Positions 52,338-63,806 of a DNA stretch of 64,000 nucleotides are shown piece by piece. The DNA is taken from assembly GCA_963422645.2 (NCBI GenBank), contig CAXXVO010000007.1, forward strand, positions 808,542 through 872,541, written 5' to 3'. The stretch comes from Alphaproteobacteria bacterium. Its GTDB lineage: Bacteria; Pseudomonadota; Alphaproteobacteria; UBA828. Position 1 is the stretch's first letter, and the number at the start of each line of letters is the position of its first letter. The notes beneath the pieces are model-generated. The model was not told where the DNA came from. It did not search any database and saw only the letters and a list, made by a program, of their open reading frames with translations. A program made the translations under genes and the position numbers.

Positions 52338-52769
52338 TCAGAGAAGACCGAGAGCACGAAGCTCGGCCGCCATATCCGGCGGGAAGGCGTCCTCGGGAAT
52401 TTCGACGGTACCCACCGGGCCGAGGTCGCGCGGCGCGGCGGAGCCCTCCAGGTAACGCCAGCCCTGGTGCGGGCGGCGGTGCACCGGGTCGGTGGCAATC
52501 AGCTCGGGATCGAGCACGATGGCGCACTTGGGCTTGCCTGCGGCCTTCGTCTCGTGACGGTCCAGGCCCAGAATGCGCTGGCGCACGCGAATACGGTGCC
52601 TGATGACCCAGTACATGGAACCGCCGGCCAGGATTTCCTCGGCCCGGCGCGGTCGGAAGCGGGTGACGTGGATCAGGCGGCCCAGCCGCTCAAGCCGCGC
52701 CGCCTGGACCGCGCGCAGGTGGTCGACGCCGTCGATACCGACCGCCAGCTTTAGCAGGTTGAGTGCCAC
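52338..52769 (-). CDS. DUF1489-family protein
   Basis: LNLLKLAVG, GGSMYWVI, PHQGWRYL, ELRALGLL. Confidence 0.8.
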   Translation of the reverse strand: MALNLLKLAVGIDGVDHLRAVQAARLERLGRLIHVTRFRPRRAEEILAGGSMYWVIRHRIRVRQRILGLDRHETKAAGKPKCAIVLDPELIATDPVHRRPHQGWRYLEGSAAPRDLGPVGTVEIPEDAFPPDMAAELRALGLL

Positions 52770-52782
52770 CACACTTTCGGGT

Positions 52783-53568
52783 TCAGGCCCACCATCTGGG
52801 CGACCGCTTCTCCAGAAAGGCGGCGATGCCCTCCTTCCCGTCCTCCGATGCGCGCGCATCGGCGATCCGGCGCGCGACGTCGTCGGCCAGCGCATCGTCG
52901 ATCGGCCGGCCCGAGACCGCGTCGACCAGTGCCTTTACCCGGCGCTGCGCGTCGGGCGAGCAGCGCAGGAGAGTTTGGACGACCTCCGCGCCCCGGTCTT
53001 CGAGGGCTTTGGCGGGCACCACCTCGTGCACCAGCCCGATCCGGAGCGCGGTCTCCGCATCGAAGCGCTCGCCCGTGAGCATGAAGCGCCGGCTGTGGGA
53101 GTCGCCGATCGCACGAACCACAAAGGGGCTGATCACCGCGGGGATCAGCCCAAGGCGCACCTCGGTCAGCGCGAAGCTCGCGCCCTCGGCCGCGATGGCG
53201 ATATCGCAGGCGCTGACCAGCCCGACGCCGCCGCCGTAGGCGGGCCCCTGAACTTGCGCAACGGTCGGCTTGGGCAGTCTGCCCAGCACCATGAGGAGGC
53301 CCGCGACCGCGCGGGCATCGACGATGTTTTGCGCCTCGGAGAATCCCGCGGCCCTCTTCATGTAGGCAAGGTCGGCGCCGGCGCAGAAGGACTTGCCGCG
53401 CCCGGCGAGGACCACCACGCGCACGTCCTTGCGGCCGCCCAGATACCCGAAGGTGCGCGTGAGCTCGGCAACCAGCGCGTCGTCGAAGGCATTGTGCGCC
53501 TTGGGCCGGTTGAGCGTGACGGTAGCGACGGCGCCATCCATCCCCACCAGCACGGTGTCGTCCGCCAT
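52783..53568 (-). CDS. liuC: Methylglutaconyl-CoA hydratase
   Basis: HNAFD, FCAGADL, GGGVGL, TEVRLGLIPAVISP; adjacent to the carboxyltransferase. Confidence 0.85.
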   Translation of the reverse strand: MADDTVLVGMDGAVATVTLNRPKAHNAFDDALVAELTRTFGYLGGRKDVRVVVLAGRGKSFCAGADLAYMKRAAGFSEAQNIVDARAVAGLLMVLGRLPKPTVAQVQGPAYGGGVGLVSACDIAIAAEGASFALTEVRLGLIPAVISPFVVRAIGDSHSRRFMLTGERFDAETALRIGLVHEVVPAKALEDRGAEVVQTLLRCSPDAQRRVKALVDAVSGRPIDDALADDVARRIADARASEDGKEGIAAFLEKRSPRWWA

Positions 53569-53584
53569 CGCCCTGCGCTCCCCG

Positions 53585-55189
53585 CTACATCCTGAAGACG
53601 CCGAAGCGCGTCGCCTCAGCCGGCCCGCCAGTGACGATGCCCAGAGCCCGCGCCAGCACCTGCCGCGTCTCCGCCGGGTCGATCACCCCGTCGTGCCAGA
53701 GCCGGGCTGCGGCGTAGTAGGGATTCCCCTGCTCCTCGTACTGGGAGCGGATCGGCGCCTTGAACGCCGCCTCATCGTCCTCGCTCCAGTCGTCGCCGCC
53801 GGCCTCGATCCGGTCGCGCCGGATGCGGGCGAGCACGCTCGCCGCCTGCTCGCCGCCCATCACCGAGATGCGCGCATTGGGCCACATCCAGAGGAAGCGC
53901 GGCCCGAAGGCGCGCCCGCACATGCCGTAGTTCCCGGCGCCGTAGCTGCCGCCGATGATGACCGTGAGCTTGGGCACGGCCGCGCACGAGACCGCGGTGA
54001 CCAGCTTCGCCCCGTCCTTGGCGATGCCGCCCTGCTCGTAGCGCTTGCCCACCATGAAGCCCACGATGTTCTGCAGGAAGAGCAGCGGGATGCCGCGCTG
54101 GCAGCAGAGCTCGATGAAGTGCGCGCCCTTGAGCGAGGATTCGGAGAAGAGGATGCCGTTGTTGGCGAGGATGCCGACCAGGTGACCGCCGATGTGCGCG
54201 AAGCCCGTCACCAGGGTGGCGCCGTAGCGGGCCTTGAACTCGTCGAAGGCGCTGCCGTCCGCGATGCGGGCGATGACCTCGCGCACGTTGAACATGGTCC
54301 TGAGCGACTGCGGCACGATGCCGTAAATCTCTGCCGGGTCGTAGGCGGGCTCGGGCGCCATCGCCGGCGCGGGCGCCGTCGGTGTGGCATCGAGGCGGGC
54401 GACGATGGACCGCGCCCGGTGGATGGCATCGGAATCGTCCGCCGCCATGTGGTCGGCGACGCCCGAGAGCCGCGTGTGCACGTCGGCGCCGCCCAGCTCT
54501 TCTGCGCTCACCTCCTCCCCGGTCGCGGCCTTCACCAGGGGCGGGCCGCCCAGGAAGATCGTGCCCTGCTCCTTGACGATGATGGTCTCGTCGGACATCG
54601 CCGGCACGTAGGCGCCGCCCGCCGTGCACGAGCCCATCACCACGGCGACCTGGGCGATACCCTTCGCCGACATGCGCGCCTGGTTGTAGAAGATGCGCCC
54701 GAAATGCTCGCGGTCGGGGAACACCTCGTCCTGATGCGGCAGGTTGGCGCCGCCCGAATCCACCAGATAGACGCAGGGCAGCCGGTTCTGCTCCGCGATC
54801 TCCTGGGCCCGGATGTGCTTCTTGACGGTCAGCGGGTAGTAGGTGCCACCCTTGACCGTCGCGTCGTTGGCGATGACGACGCACTCGCGCCCCTCGATCC
54901 GCCCGATCCCGGTGATGATGCCGGCGGCTGGCACCTCGGCGCCGTAGAGGCCGTCCGCCGCCAGCGCCGAGAGCTCCAGGAAGGGCGAGCCCTGGTCGAT
55001 CAGCGCCGCGACCCGCTCGCGCGGCAGCATCTTGCCGCGCTCCCGGTGCCGCTCGCGCGCACGCGCCGGGCCGCCTTCCAGCACCCGCGCGTGGCGCGCG
55101 GCGAGGTCGTCGACCAGCGCCCGCATGGCCGCCTCGTTGCCCTTGAACTTGTCCGAGGCCGGATCGGCCGTCGAGCGCAATACGTCCAT
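53585..55189 (-). CDS. liuB: 3-methylcrotonyl-CoA carboxylase carboxyltransferase subunit
   Basis: [45 protein letters not shown]. Confidence 0.92.
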   Translation of the reverse strand: MDVLRSTADPASDKFKGNEAAMRALVDDLAARHARVLEGGPARARERHRERGKMLPRERVAALIDQGSPFLELSALAADGLYGAEVPAAGIITGIGRIEGRECVVIANDATVKGGTYYPLTVKKHIRAQEIAEQNRLPCVYLVDSGGANLPHQDEVFPDREHFGRIFYNQARMSAKGIAQVAVVMGSCTAGGAYVPAMSDETIIVKEQGTIFLGGPPLVKAATGEEVSAEELGGADVHTRLSGVADHMAADDSDAIHRARSIVARLDATPTAPAPAMAPEPAYDPAEIYGIVPQSLRTMFNVREVIARIADGSAFDEFKARYGATLVTGFAHIGGHLVGILANNGILFSESSLKGAHFIELCCQRGIPLLFLQNIVGFMVGKRYEQGGIAKDGAKLVTAVSCAAVPKLTVIIGGSYGAGNYGMCGRAFGPRFLWMWPNARISVMGGEQAASVLARIRRDRIEAGGDDWSEDDEAAFKAPIRSQYEEQGNPYYAAARLWHDGVIDPAETRQVLARALGIVTGGPAEATRFGVFRM

Positions 55190-55362
55190 CGCCTCCTCGC
55201 TGGCTGGCGCCGCCAAGGTACAACTGGTCGCCTGCGCCTGAAAGGTCGTGCACCGCCGAAGGGTCGTGCTCGCGTATAGGTATTCCGCTCGCGGGCAGGG
55301 CGTTCCGTATGCTGACGCAACCGTGTGGAAGAAAGATTAGGTGAGACAACGTGAGATTTATT

Positions 55363-57081
55363 GTAACTGCCCAGGTACCCCCTCTCTCTTATGGAACAAG
55401 CCAGTTCCTTTTGCGTCAACGCCCCCACGCCGCGGGGGTGCCTACTCTCTTGAGCGCGAGAGGATGATGAACGCCGCGTCGCGAACAAGATGAGAGGACA
55501 GCGATACTCAGGATGAGCCGGAGAAGTTCAGGAGCGCAGTATAGGGATCAGCTGCATCGGTTCCGGGTGCGCCAGGATTTGCAGGATGTTCCAGCCTTGC
55601 TTTCGAGCGGTGACGATGACGCTGCGCATTCCGGCGAAGTTGCAGGCGCCTTGCAGGGAGCGGAAGCCGCCTGAGATCTTCTCATGCACTTTGTTCATAC
55701 GGATGTCACGCTCCGCCTCGTTATTCGTGAACGGCGTGCGCAGGTCGGTGAGGAAGCGCAGGCAGCCCTCCTTATGCTTTTGAAGGCGGCGCGCGAGGTT
55801 GTGGCCGATGCGGCGTTTCTTTCGCCCTCGCTTTGCGATCTGGAGCGGCGGTTGGGCCTCATGGAAGGCGATGGCTTCTTCGAGGATACGGTCCCATGCC
55901 CTTGAGATGCGGGCCACCAGGGAGGCGGGGACTTGACGGTCTTTCTCACGGGCGAAGCGGGCGGCCCTGCGCGCGCGCTGAAGCAGGCGGTGCATGCTCG
56001 CCGCCCATTCCTCCTTCTCGATGTCGATCAGGGCCTGGAGTTCGCGCAGGTGATGTGCGTTGCAGGCGCCGTGGCGGACGCCCTTGATGGTGAAGTAGGG
56101 GGCGAAGTCGTCGTGGACGAGGATGCCTTTCAGGTTCTTTTCGACATCGCCGCGTCCCTCGCCGATGCGCAGGACGGTGAGCAACGGGGTGCACAGCACA
56201 TGGAGCCAGCGGGTACGGGCGGCGATACGCAGGCCGGTCTCGTCGAGGTGCTTGACCGGCGCCTGCGTGCGGATCAGATCGGCGACATGGTCGAGGAAGC
56301 CCTCGAAGCGCTGCGCTGTGCGCCGGCCCATGGCGGCGATCGTGGCAGTGGAGATGGACACCGCGAAGATGTCGCTCATGAGTTCGGCCAGACGCTTCTC
56401 GGGCACGAACTGGGCGTACAGCAGGTAACTCACCCAAGCGGTGATGCGAGGGCCGTACTGGACCGGGGCGGTGACGCCCGGCGGGAAGGCGGCTCGTGTC
56501 AGCGTGCCGCATGCGCCGCAGAGGCAGCGATGGGCGCGGTGTTCGGTGACCTCGAGAGGCTGCGGCTCGGGTACGTCGAAGACCTGCCGACAGGCGGGCG
56601 CGCCTTGCCGGTCGGCGTCCGAGAGCTCGACGCCACAGCCGGAACAGGTGGAGGGGTGGTGATCGACGACACGGTCCGGGCTGTCGCTCCGCGCGAGGGT
56701 GGTTCCCTTGTGGCCGGGCTGGCCGCCACTGGGCCCGCCGGACTTTCCGCGCTGGCTTTGGGTGCGCCTCTGGGCTCCGCTTTTCTTCTTGAGCCCGTCG
56801 CTGGCGGGGGGCTTGCTGCTTGTGGTGCTGTTGAGGGCCGCGCTGCGCTCGAGTTCGGCGATGCGCTCGCGCAGGGCCGCGTTCTCCTGCTCGAGTGCGG
56901 CATTTTCCCGGCGAGCGCGGTGGCTGATCGCAGCAGCCCCTGCCCCCATTCCCGGACGGCAACGACGACAGTGGTTGCGAGGGATGATGGCTCGAGAAGC
57001 TCCTTCAGGCAGCAGAAGGCCTCGTTACGGGCGGCGAGGTCTTCGTGCCAGTGCGACACCGTCACGTGTCTTCGGCCTCGA
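55363..57081 (-). mobile_element. IS66-family variant B, 5'-truncated
   Basis: IRR GTAACTGCCCAGG at 55363; only the last codons of its MTase gene (EAEDT-stop) remain at 57062-57081. Confidence 0.85.
55528..57065 (-). pseudogene. IS66 transposase variant B with frameshift near 56910
   Basis: N-terminus VTVSHWHEDL (GTG 57065) is out of frame with the HLDETG/CNAHHLREL/NNEAERD body; variant A is in frame at this point. Confidence 0.8.
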
Positions 57082-58046
57082 CGGAGCCAGCGCGGCAAGT
57101 CCGACAGGCCCAGTGGCGGCCAGCCGGGCCACAAGGGAACTACCCTGGAGCGGACCGCGACGCCCGACCATGTCGTCGATCATGATCCGTCCGCCTGTGA
57201 GGGCTGCGGCGCGCCGCTGTCGGACGCTGACCGTCACGGAGCCCCCGTCTGCCGGCAGGTCTTCGATGTGCCCGAGCCGCAGCCCCTCGAGGTCACCGAA
57301 CATCGCGGCCATCGTTGCCTCTGCGCTGCCTGCGGCACCGTGACGACAGCCGTCTTCCCGAACGGCGTGAGCGCACCGGTCCAATACGGGCCGCGCATCA
57401 CCGCGTGGGTGACCTACCTGCTGCACGCTCAGTTCATTCCCGAGAAGCGGGTCGCCGAGGTCATGAGCGACCTCTTCGCGGTCAAGCTCTCAACAGCCAC
57501 CATCGTCGCCATGGGAAGGCGCACCGCCCGGCGCTTCGAGGGCTTCCTCGATCGCCTCGCGGAGATCATCCGCACCGCAGCCCCAGTCAAACACCTCGAC
57601 GAGACCGGCATCCGCATCGCCGCCCGGACCCATTGGCTCCATGTGCTGTGCACCCCGTTGCTCACCATCCTGCGCGTCGCCACCGGGCGCAGCCACATCG
57701 ACGAGAAGCTCAACGGCATCGTCATCCATGACGACTACGCCACCTACTTCGCTCTCGAGGGCGTGCGCCACGGGGCCTGCAACGCCCATCACCTGCGCGA
57801 GCTCCAAGCCCTCATCGAGATCGAGAAGGAAGACTGGGCAACGAGCACGCACCGGCTCCTCATCCGTGCCAACAGAGCCGCCCGCTTCGCCCACAAGAAC
57901 GACCGCGACGTGCCCGCCTCACTGGTGGCCCGCATCTCGCGAGCCTGGGACCGCATCCTCGAACGTGCCATCGCCTCTCACGAAGAAATGCCACCGCTCC
58001 AGACCGGAAAGCGCGGACGACAAAAGCGCCGCATCGGTCACAACCT
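57082..58046 (+). pseudogene. Internal fragment of IS66 variant A transposase
   Basis: 965 bp matching 39669-40633; interrupted at the HNL codons by another IS. Confidence 0.88.
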
Positions 58047-60403
58047 CAGACTTCCTGACCTCTGCTGATTTTAGGTGACACGAGCCGCGCGGATTCCGAG
58101 GCCCCGTCGATGTCATAGACTATGCGCAGACGGGTGCCGGGGAAGACCGTTTCGGTGGCGTTCAGGTCGCTCAGAACCGCATCGATCCAACGGTCGCAGG
58201 CGTCGTTTGCGAGGCCAAGAATGTGGACCCGCAGGAGGCCATTGCCAGGATCCGGCAGGATGTCGGCATCGGCGGTGAGCAGCGCTTGAAGCAGTTTCCG
58301 GGGATGGGGCTTGTGGCCCTGCGCCTGCATGACGGGAAGCATCATGCGGGTTTCGGCGCGGTAGGCGATCATCCGGATGACGTCGAGGAGGAGGCGCTCG
58401 CGCGCGGGCAAGGCATCGAGCTGCTCGGCTTCGTCGAGGTCGCCGGCCCGGCAGTGCTTGGGCGTCTCCCTGCGGCTGGCCCTGACGATGTCGCGGACAT
58501 CCTGGAGGTCCCTGACTTCCCTCCTGAGTTCCGCCGTCGGCTGCTTCTTCCGGGCCGTGTCGGCGATGCGGTTGCGCAGGCGGCCAAGCTGGCGGTCGAG
58601 GCGATGGATTGCCTTGTCATAGGCCCGCCGCAGCGGGTTGACGACCATGGCGGCGGGATCGAGAGGCTCGAGCTCGTGGGTCGGCAGGGCGTCGAGATTG
58701 AACTCGTCACGCATGTACTTGAAGAAGTTCTCCTGCGACCAGCGCGAGAACATGGCGCCCGCAACCTCAGCCATCGGCTTGTGCGGATCGGTGGTGATCA
58801 GCGGCACCTGACGGCCGTTGTCGAGCAGGCGGCGGATCTGGCGCACCCTGAAGCCGTTCGGCAACGTCACCGGCTTCTCAGCCAGCCGCATGGTGGCGCT
58901 GCCGTCCGCCGCCGGTCCGTGAATGGGAACGGTCATCGCGCCGAAGTCCTCGGCCGGCCAGTCCTCGCCCCTGAAGTTCTTGTGCCAGGTCAGGCAGGCG
59001 ACGCCGCGCCTCGCCAGCCGGCGGAACAGATCCGGGCTCCAGCCCTCGCGGTCGAAGACCAGGGTGAGCGCCGGCTGGCCGGGATGCTCGGCGGTCAGGT
59101 CCGGCGCCCCGGCGCCAACGATCCCAAGCTCCTGCAGCGCCGGCACCACGTCGGCTTCGATGGCCGCGACCATCTTCGGGTCCAGCGGCTTGTGCAGACA
59201 GAGCAGCGGCTTGCCGCCCAGAGCGTTGATCCAGTAGCTGGCGCTCGCCGGCAGGCACAGCTTCTCGCGCGAGACGAAGTGCTTGGGCAAGCGCCCCTTG
59301 CGGCCGGAGTAGACCTTGACGTGCCCGTCGATGGCCAGCGTCGCCCAGAGCTCCGGCTCGTCGGCCTGCCAGCGCCTGGCAAGGGCGAGCTGCCACGCCC
59401 GCACGCCGGCCTCGTCGTCGGCGATGAGAGCGATCTTGCGGCGCAGCGTCTTGACCTCGGGGCAGCGATCGAGGCCGAGAATGGCGCCCCATTCGCCCGG
59501 CGCCTGGTAGCGCAGGCTCTCGGGGTTGCGCACCCGCGCCAAGGTCATGAAGGCCAGGAAGAGCAGGATCGTAGGCAAGCCGTAATAGCCCTTCGGCAGC
59601 AATGGCAGGAGACCGGTCTCGGAGAGAAGACCTTCCTTCAGCAGGGCCGGCAGGGCGGCGAGCACGCCGCCGAAGCGGACACCGCGGGCGGCGGCGGCGA
59701 ACTGCGGTTCGACCGGCCCCGCCTGTCCACAACTGGCCAGAACCCGAGCCGGAACATCGCAAGTCGCACGCCCCATCGGCGCCTGCCGGTCCCGCCGATC
59801 GCGCGCGCTGCGATCCGTTTGCGGCTGCGCTTCCAGCCCCGGCGCCGTCTCCGGCCCCGGGGCACCGGTACTCTCTTCATCGACACGGCCTTCAGGAGCC
59901 GCACCCGCGTCAGGCGGCGCAGCCAGCGCTGAGCGTCCGGGCTCCCCATCCGCCTCCGTGTTGCCGATCAGTCCCTGACGGCGCCACTTGTTGACCGATG
60001 GCGCTGACACGCCGAGAACCCGGGCCGCCGCAGAGCCGCTCAGGCCCGATGCCAGCAACGCCGTCGCCTTCTCCGCCAACTCCGGAGTGAACACCGACGG
60101 CCCGCGACCGCGCCGGGGCTTCATGAACCCCGCTTCGCCCTCGGCCAGGTAGCGCCGTCGTGCGCGCTGCACCGTCGCGCGCGAGACAGCGAAAGCGTCA
60201 GCCAGTTCCTGCGGCGAGACCGCGCTGATCGCCGCGAGGCGGCCGATCCGCAAGAGCATGGCCGTGCGGTCATCGGCGGCGTGGCTGTCAAAGGGAATGA
60301 GGTTGGAAAAGTAGGTGAAGGTGTCGTCCGAGATCAGGACGGCGAAGCAGCTGTTGCCGATCGAGACCGCCTCTGGAGGGCACATTGGGAGGGTACTGGG
60401 CAT
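58046..60403 (-). CDS. Large DDE transposase (785 aa) with N-terminal HTHs
   Basis: AIDGH, LVFDREGWS, RWSQENFFKYMR (YREK-like); TATAAT at 60429-60434 upstream. Confidence 0.85.
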   Translation of the reverse strand: MPSTLPMCPPEAVSIGNSCFAVLISDDTFTYFSNLIPFDSHAADDRTAMLLRIGRLAAISAVSPQELADAFAVSRATVQRARRRYLAEGEAGFMKPRRGRGPSVFTPELAEKATALLASGLSGSAAARVLGVSAPSVNKWRRQGLIGNTEADGEPGRSALAAPPDAGAAPEGRVDEESTGAPGPETAPGLEAQPQTDRSARDRRDRQAPMGRATCDVPARVLASCGQAGPVEPQFAAAARGVRFGGVLAALPALLKEGLLSETGLLPLLPKGYYGLPTILLFLAFMTLARVRNPESLRYQAPGEWGAILGLDRCPEVKTLRRKIALIADDEAGVRAWQLALARRWQADEPELWATLAIDGHVKVYSGRKGRLPKHFVSREKLCLPASASYWINALGGKPLLCLHKPLDPKMVAAIEADVVPALQELGIVGAGAPDLTAEHPGQPALTLVFDREGWSPDLFRRLARRGVACLTWHKNFRGEDWPAEDFGAMTVPIHGPAADGSATMRLAEKPVTLPNGFRVRQIRRLLDNGRQVPLITTDPHKPMAEVAGAMFSRWSQENFFKYMRDEFNLDALPTHELEPLDPAAMVVNPLRRAYDKAIHRLDRQLGRLRNRIADTARKKQPTAELRREVRDLQDVRDIVRASRRETPKHCRAGDLDEAEQLDALPARERLLLDVIRMIAYRAETRMMLPVMQAQGHKPHPRKLLQALLTADADILPDPGNGLLRVHILGLANDACDRWIDAVLSDLNATETVFPGTRLRIVYDIDGASESARLVSPKISRGQEV

Positions 60404-60556
60404 GGTGAGACCGTGCAATTGGTATCAAATTATACTATCAGACCTCGGGCGCGACACCCAGCGAAAAACCGCCTGAAACAACCGAAATGTATCAGAATTC
60501 AAGGAGTTCCCGGCACGCTGCCCAGAACAGCCAGCATCACGAGGTCAGGAAGTCTG
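58047..60556 (-). mobile_element. Unclassified IS4-superfamily-like IS, copy 1 (2510 bp)
   Basis: Perfect 16-bp IR CAGACTTCCTGACCTC; 5-bp TSD AACCT at 58042-58046 and 60557-60561; empty sites visible at 40629-40633 and 55796-55800. Confidence 0.92.
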
Positions 60557-60994
60557 AACCTCGCGCGCCGCCTTCAAAAGCATAAGGAGGGCTGCCTGCG
60601 CTTCCTCACCGACCTGCGCACGCCGTTCACGAATAACGAGGCGGAGCGTGACATCCGTATGAACAAAGTGCATGAGAAGATCTCAGGCGGCTTCCGCTCC
60701 CTGCAAGGCGCCTGCAACTTCGCCGGAATGCGCAGCGTCATCGTCACCGCTCGAAAGCAAGGCTGGAACATCCTGCAAATCCTGGCGCACCCGGAACCGA
60801 TGCAGCTGATCCCTATACTGCGCTCCTGAACTTCTCCGGCTCATCCTGAGTATCGCTGTCCTCTCATCTTGTTCGCGACGCGGCGTTCATCATCCTCTCG
60901 CGCTCAAGAGAGTAGGCACCCCCGCGGCGTGGGGGCGTTGACGCAAAAGGAACTGGCTTGTTCCATAAGAGAGAGGGGGTACCTGGGCAGTTAC
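60557..60994 (+). mobile_element. IS66 variant B 3' end with IRR
   Basis: 438-bp inverted copy of 55363-55800; ends CCTGGGCAGTTAC. Confidence 0.88.
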
Positions 60995-61293
60995 GAAATA
61001 TCCAATGTGGTGCCCGCAGGTGGTACCCGGCGCACCCAGCGCGCGGTCATGGCACTCTTGCCACCTCGCGTGGCAGAGTGGACAATTGAAATTTTCCACA
61101 TCCAATCATCCACTTGCGCCGAAGCGGTGGCCAAATGTTGGCTTGGGCGTTTGGGGTGACGTGCGCGACCGCCGGCCAGCAAGATGTGGGGAGTGGGCTA
61201 GTCGGCCACTCGGAGCAGCCGCAAAATGTGCGCCAAAATCGAACGGCCGGAAACGGCCCCATACGATCCGGGACCGCTCCGTACCACGTAGAC

Positions 61294-63652
61294 TCAGACT
61301 TCCTGACCTCTGCTGATTTTAGGTGACACGAGCCGCGCGGATTCCGAGGCCCCGTCGATGTCATAGACTATGCGCAGACGGGTGCCGGGGAAGACCGTTT
61401 CGGTGGCGTTCAGGTCGCTCAGAACCGCATCGATCCAACGGTCGCAGGCGTCGTTTGCGAGGCCAAGAATGTGGACCCGCAGGAGGCCATTGCCAGGATC
61501 CGGCAGGATGTCGGCATCGGCGGTGAGCAGCGCTTGAAGCAGTTTCCGGGGATGGGGCTTGTGGCCCTGCGCCTGCATGACGGGAAGCATCATGCGGGTT
61601 TCGGCGCGGTAGGCGATCATCCGGATGACGTCGAGGAGGAGGCGCTCGCGCGCGGGCAAGGCATCGAGCTGCTCGGCTTCGTCGAGGTCGCCGGCCCGGC
61701 AGTGCTTGGGCGTCTCCCTGCGGCTGGCCCTGACGATGTCGCGGACATCCTGGAGGTCCCTGACTTCCCTCCTGAGTTCCGCCGTCGGCTGCTTCTTCCG
61801 GGCCGTGTCGGCGATGCGGTTGCGCAGGCGGCCAAGCTGGCGGTCGAGGCGATGGATTGCCTTGTCATAGGCCCGCCGCAGCGGGTTGACGACCATGGCG
61901 GCGGGATCGAGAGGCTCGAGCTCGTGGGTCGGCAGGGCGTCGAGATTGAACTCGTCACGCATGTACTTGAAGAAGTTCTCCTGCGACCAGCGCGAGAACA
62001 TGGCGCCCGCAACCTCAGCCATCGGCTTGTGCGGATCGGTGGTGATCAGCGGCACCTGACGGCCGTTGTCGAGCAGGCGGCGGATCTGGCGCACCCTGAA
62101 GCCGTTCGGCAACGTCACCGGCTTCTCAGCCAGCCGCATGGTGGCGCTGCCGTCCGCCGCCGGTCCGTGAATGGGAACGGTCATCGCGCCGAAGTCCTCG
62201 GCCGGCCAGTCCTCGCCCCTGAAGTTCTTGTGCCAGGTCAGGCAGGCGACGCCGCGCCTCGCCAGCCGGCGGAACAGATCCGGGCTCCAGCCCTCGCGGT
62301 CGAAGACCAGGGTGAGCGCCGGCTGGCCGGGATGCTCGGCGGTCAGGTCCGGCGCCCCGGCGCCAACGATCCCAAGCTCCTGCAGCGCCGGCACCACGTC
62401 GGCTTCGATGGCCGCGACCATCTTCGGGTCCAGCGGCTTGTGCAGACAGAGCAGCGGCTTGCCGCCCAGAGCGTTGATCCAGTAGCTGGCGCTCGCCGGC
62501 AGGCACAGCTTCTCGCGCGAGACGAAGTGCTTGGGCAAGCGCCCCTTGCGGCCGGAGTAGACCTTGACGTGCCCGTCGATGGCCAGCGTCGCCCAGAGCT
62601 CCGGCTCGTCGGCCTTGCCAGCGCCTGGCAAGGGCGAGCTGCCACGCCCGCACGCCGGCCTCGTCGTCGGCGATGAGAGCGATCTTGCGGCGCAGCGTCT
62701 TGACCTCGGGGCAGCGATCGAGGCCGAGAATGGCGCCCCATTCGCCCGGCGCCTGGTAGCGCAGGCTCTCGGGGTTGCGCACCCGCGCCAAGGTCATGAA
62801 GGCCAGGAAGAGCAGGATCGTAGGCAAGCCGTAATAGCCCTTCGGCAGCAATGGCAGGAGACCGGTCTCGGAGAGAAGACCTTCCTTCAGCAGGGCCGGC
62901 AGGGCGGCGAGCACGCCGCCGAAGCGGACACCGCGGGCGGCGGCGGCGAACTGCGGTTCGACCGGCCCCGCCTGTCCACAACTGGCCAGAACCCGAGCCG
63001 GAACATCGCAAGTCGCACGCCCCATCGGCGCCTGCCGGTCCCGCCGATCGCGCGCGCTGCGATCCGTTTGCGGCTGCGCTTCCAGCCCCGGCGCCGTCTC
63101 CGGCCCCGGGGCACCGGTACTCTCTTCATCGACACGGCCTTCAGGAGCCGCACCCGCGTCAGGCGGCGCAGCCAGCGCTGAGCGTCCGGGCTCCCCATCC
63201 GCCTCCGTGTTGCCGATCAGTCCCTGACGGCGCCACTTGTTGACCGATGGCGCTGACACGCCGAGAACCCGGGCCGCCGCAGAGCCGCTCAGGCCCGATG
63301 CCAGCAACGCCGTCGCCTTCTCCGCCAACTCCGGAGTGAACACCGACGGCCCGCGACCGCGCCGGGGCTTCATGAACCCCGCTTCGCCCTCGGCCAGGTA
63401 GCGCCGTCGTGCGCGCTGCACCGTCGCGCGCGAGACAGCGAAAGCGTCAGCCAGTTCCTGCGGCGAGACCGCGCTGATCGCCGCGAGGCGGCCGATCCGC
63501 AAGAGCATGGCCGTGCGGTCATCGGCGGCGTGGCTGTCAAAGGGAATGAGGTTGGAAAAGTAGGTGAAGGTGTCGTCCGAGATCAGGACGGCGAAGCAGC
63601 TGTTGCCGATCGAGACCGCCTCTGGAGGGCACATTGGGAGGGTACTGGGCAT
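61294..63652 (-). pseudogene. Transposase copy 2, frameshifted near 62615
   Basis: Split into ORFs 62126-63652 and 61294-62631 by one inserted base relative to copy 1; may be a sequencing indel. Confidence 0.8.
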
Positions 63653-63806
63653 GGTTGAGACCGTGCAATTGGTATCAAATTATACTATCAGACCTCGGGC
63701 GCGACACCCAGCGAAAAACCGCCTGAAACAACCGAAATGTATCAGAATTCAAGGAGTTCCCGGCACGCTGCCCAGAACAGCCAGCATCACGAGGTCAGGA
63801 AGTCTG
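61295..63806 (-). mobile_element. Unclassified IS, copy 2 (2512 bp)
   Basis: Same 16-bp IRs; flanks AGACT (left) and AACCT (right) do not match; two extra T (62615/6 and 63655/6). Confidence 0.9.

Noticed and set aside
56895-56920. Programmed -1 frameshift in IS66 variant B
   Set aside because: GGGAAAA is not phased as a canonical slippery heptamer and variant A is in frame; mutation or sequencing error is more likely
55933-58068. 711-aa fusion transposase ORF
   Set aside because: First half is antisense to variant B; an accidental read-through of the 57081 junction
62610-62620. Biological inactivation of IS copy 2
   Set aside because: Two isolated base doublings in an otherwise matching copy look like long-read indels; cannot be resolved without reads
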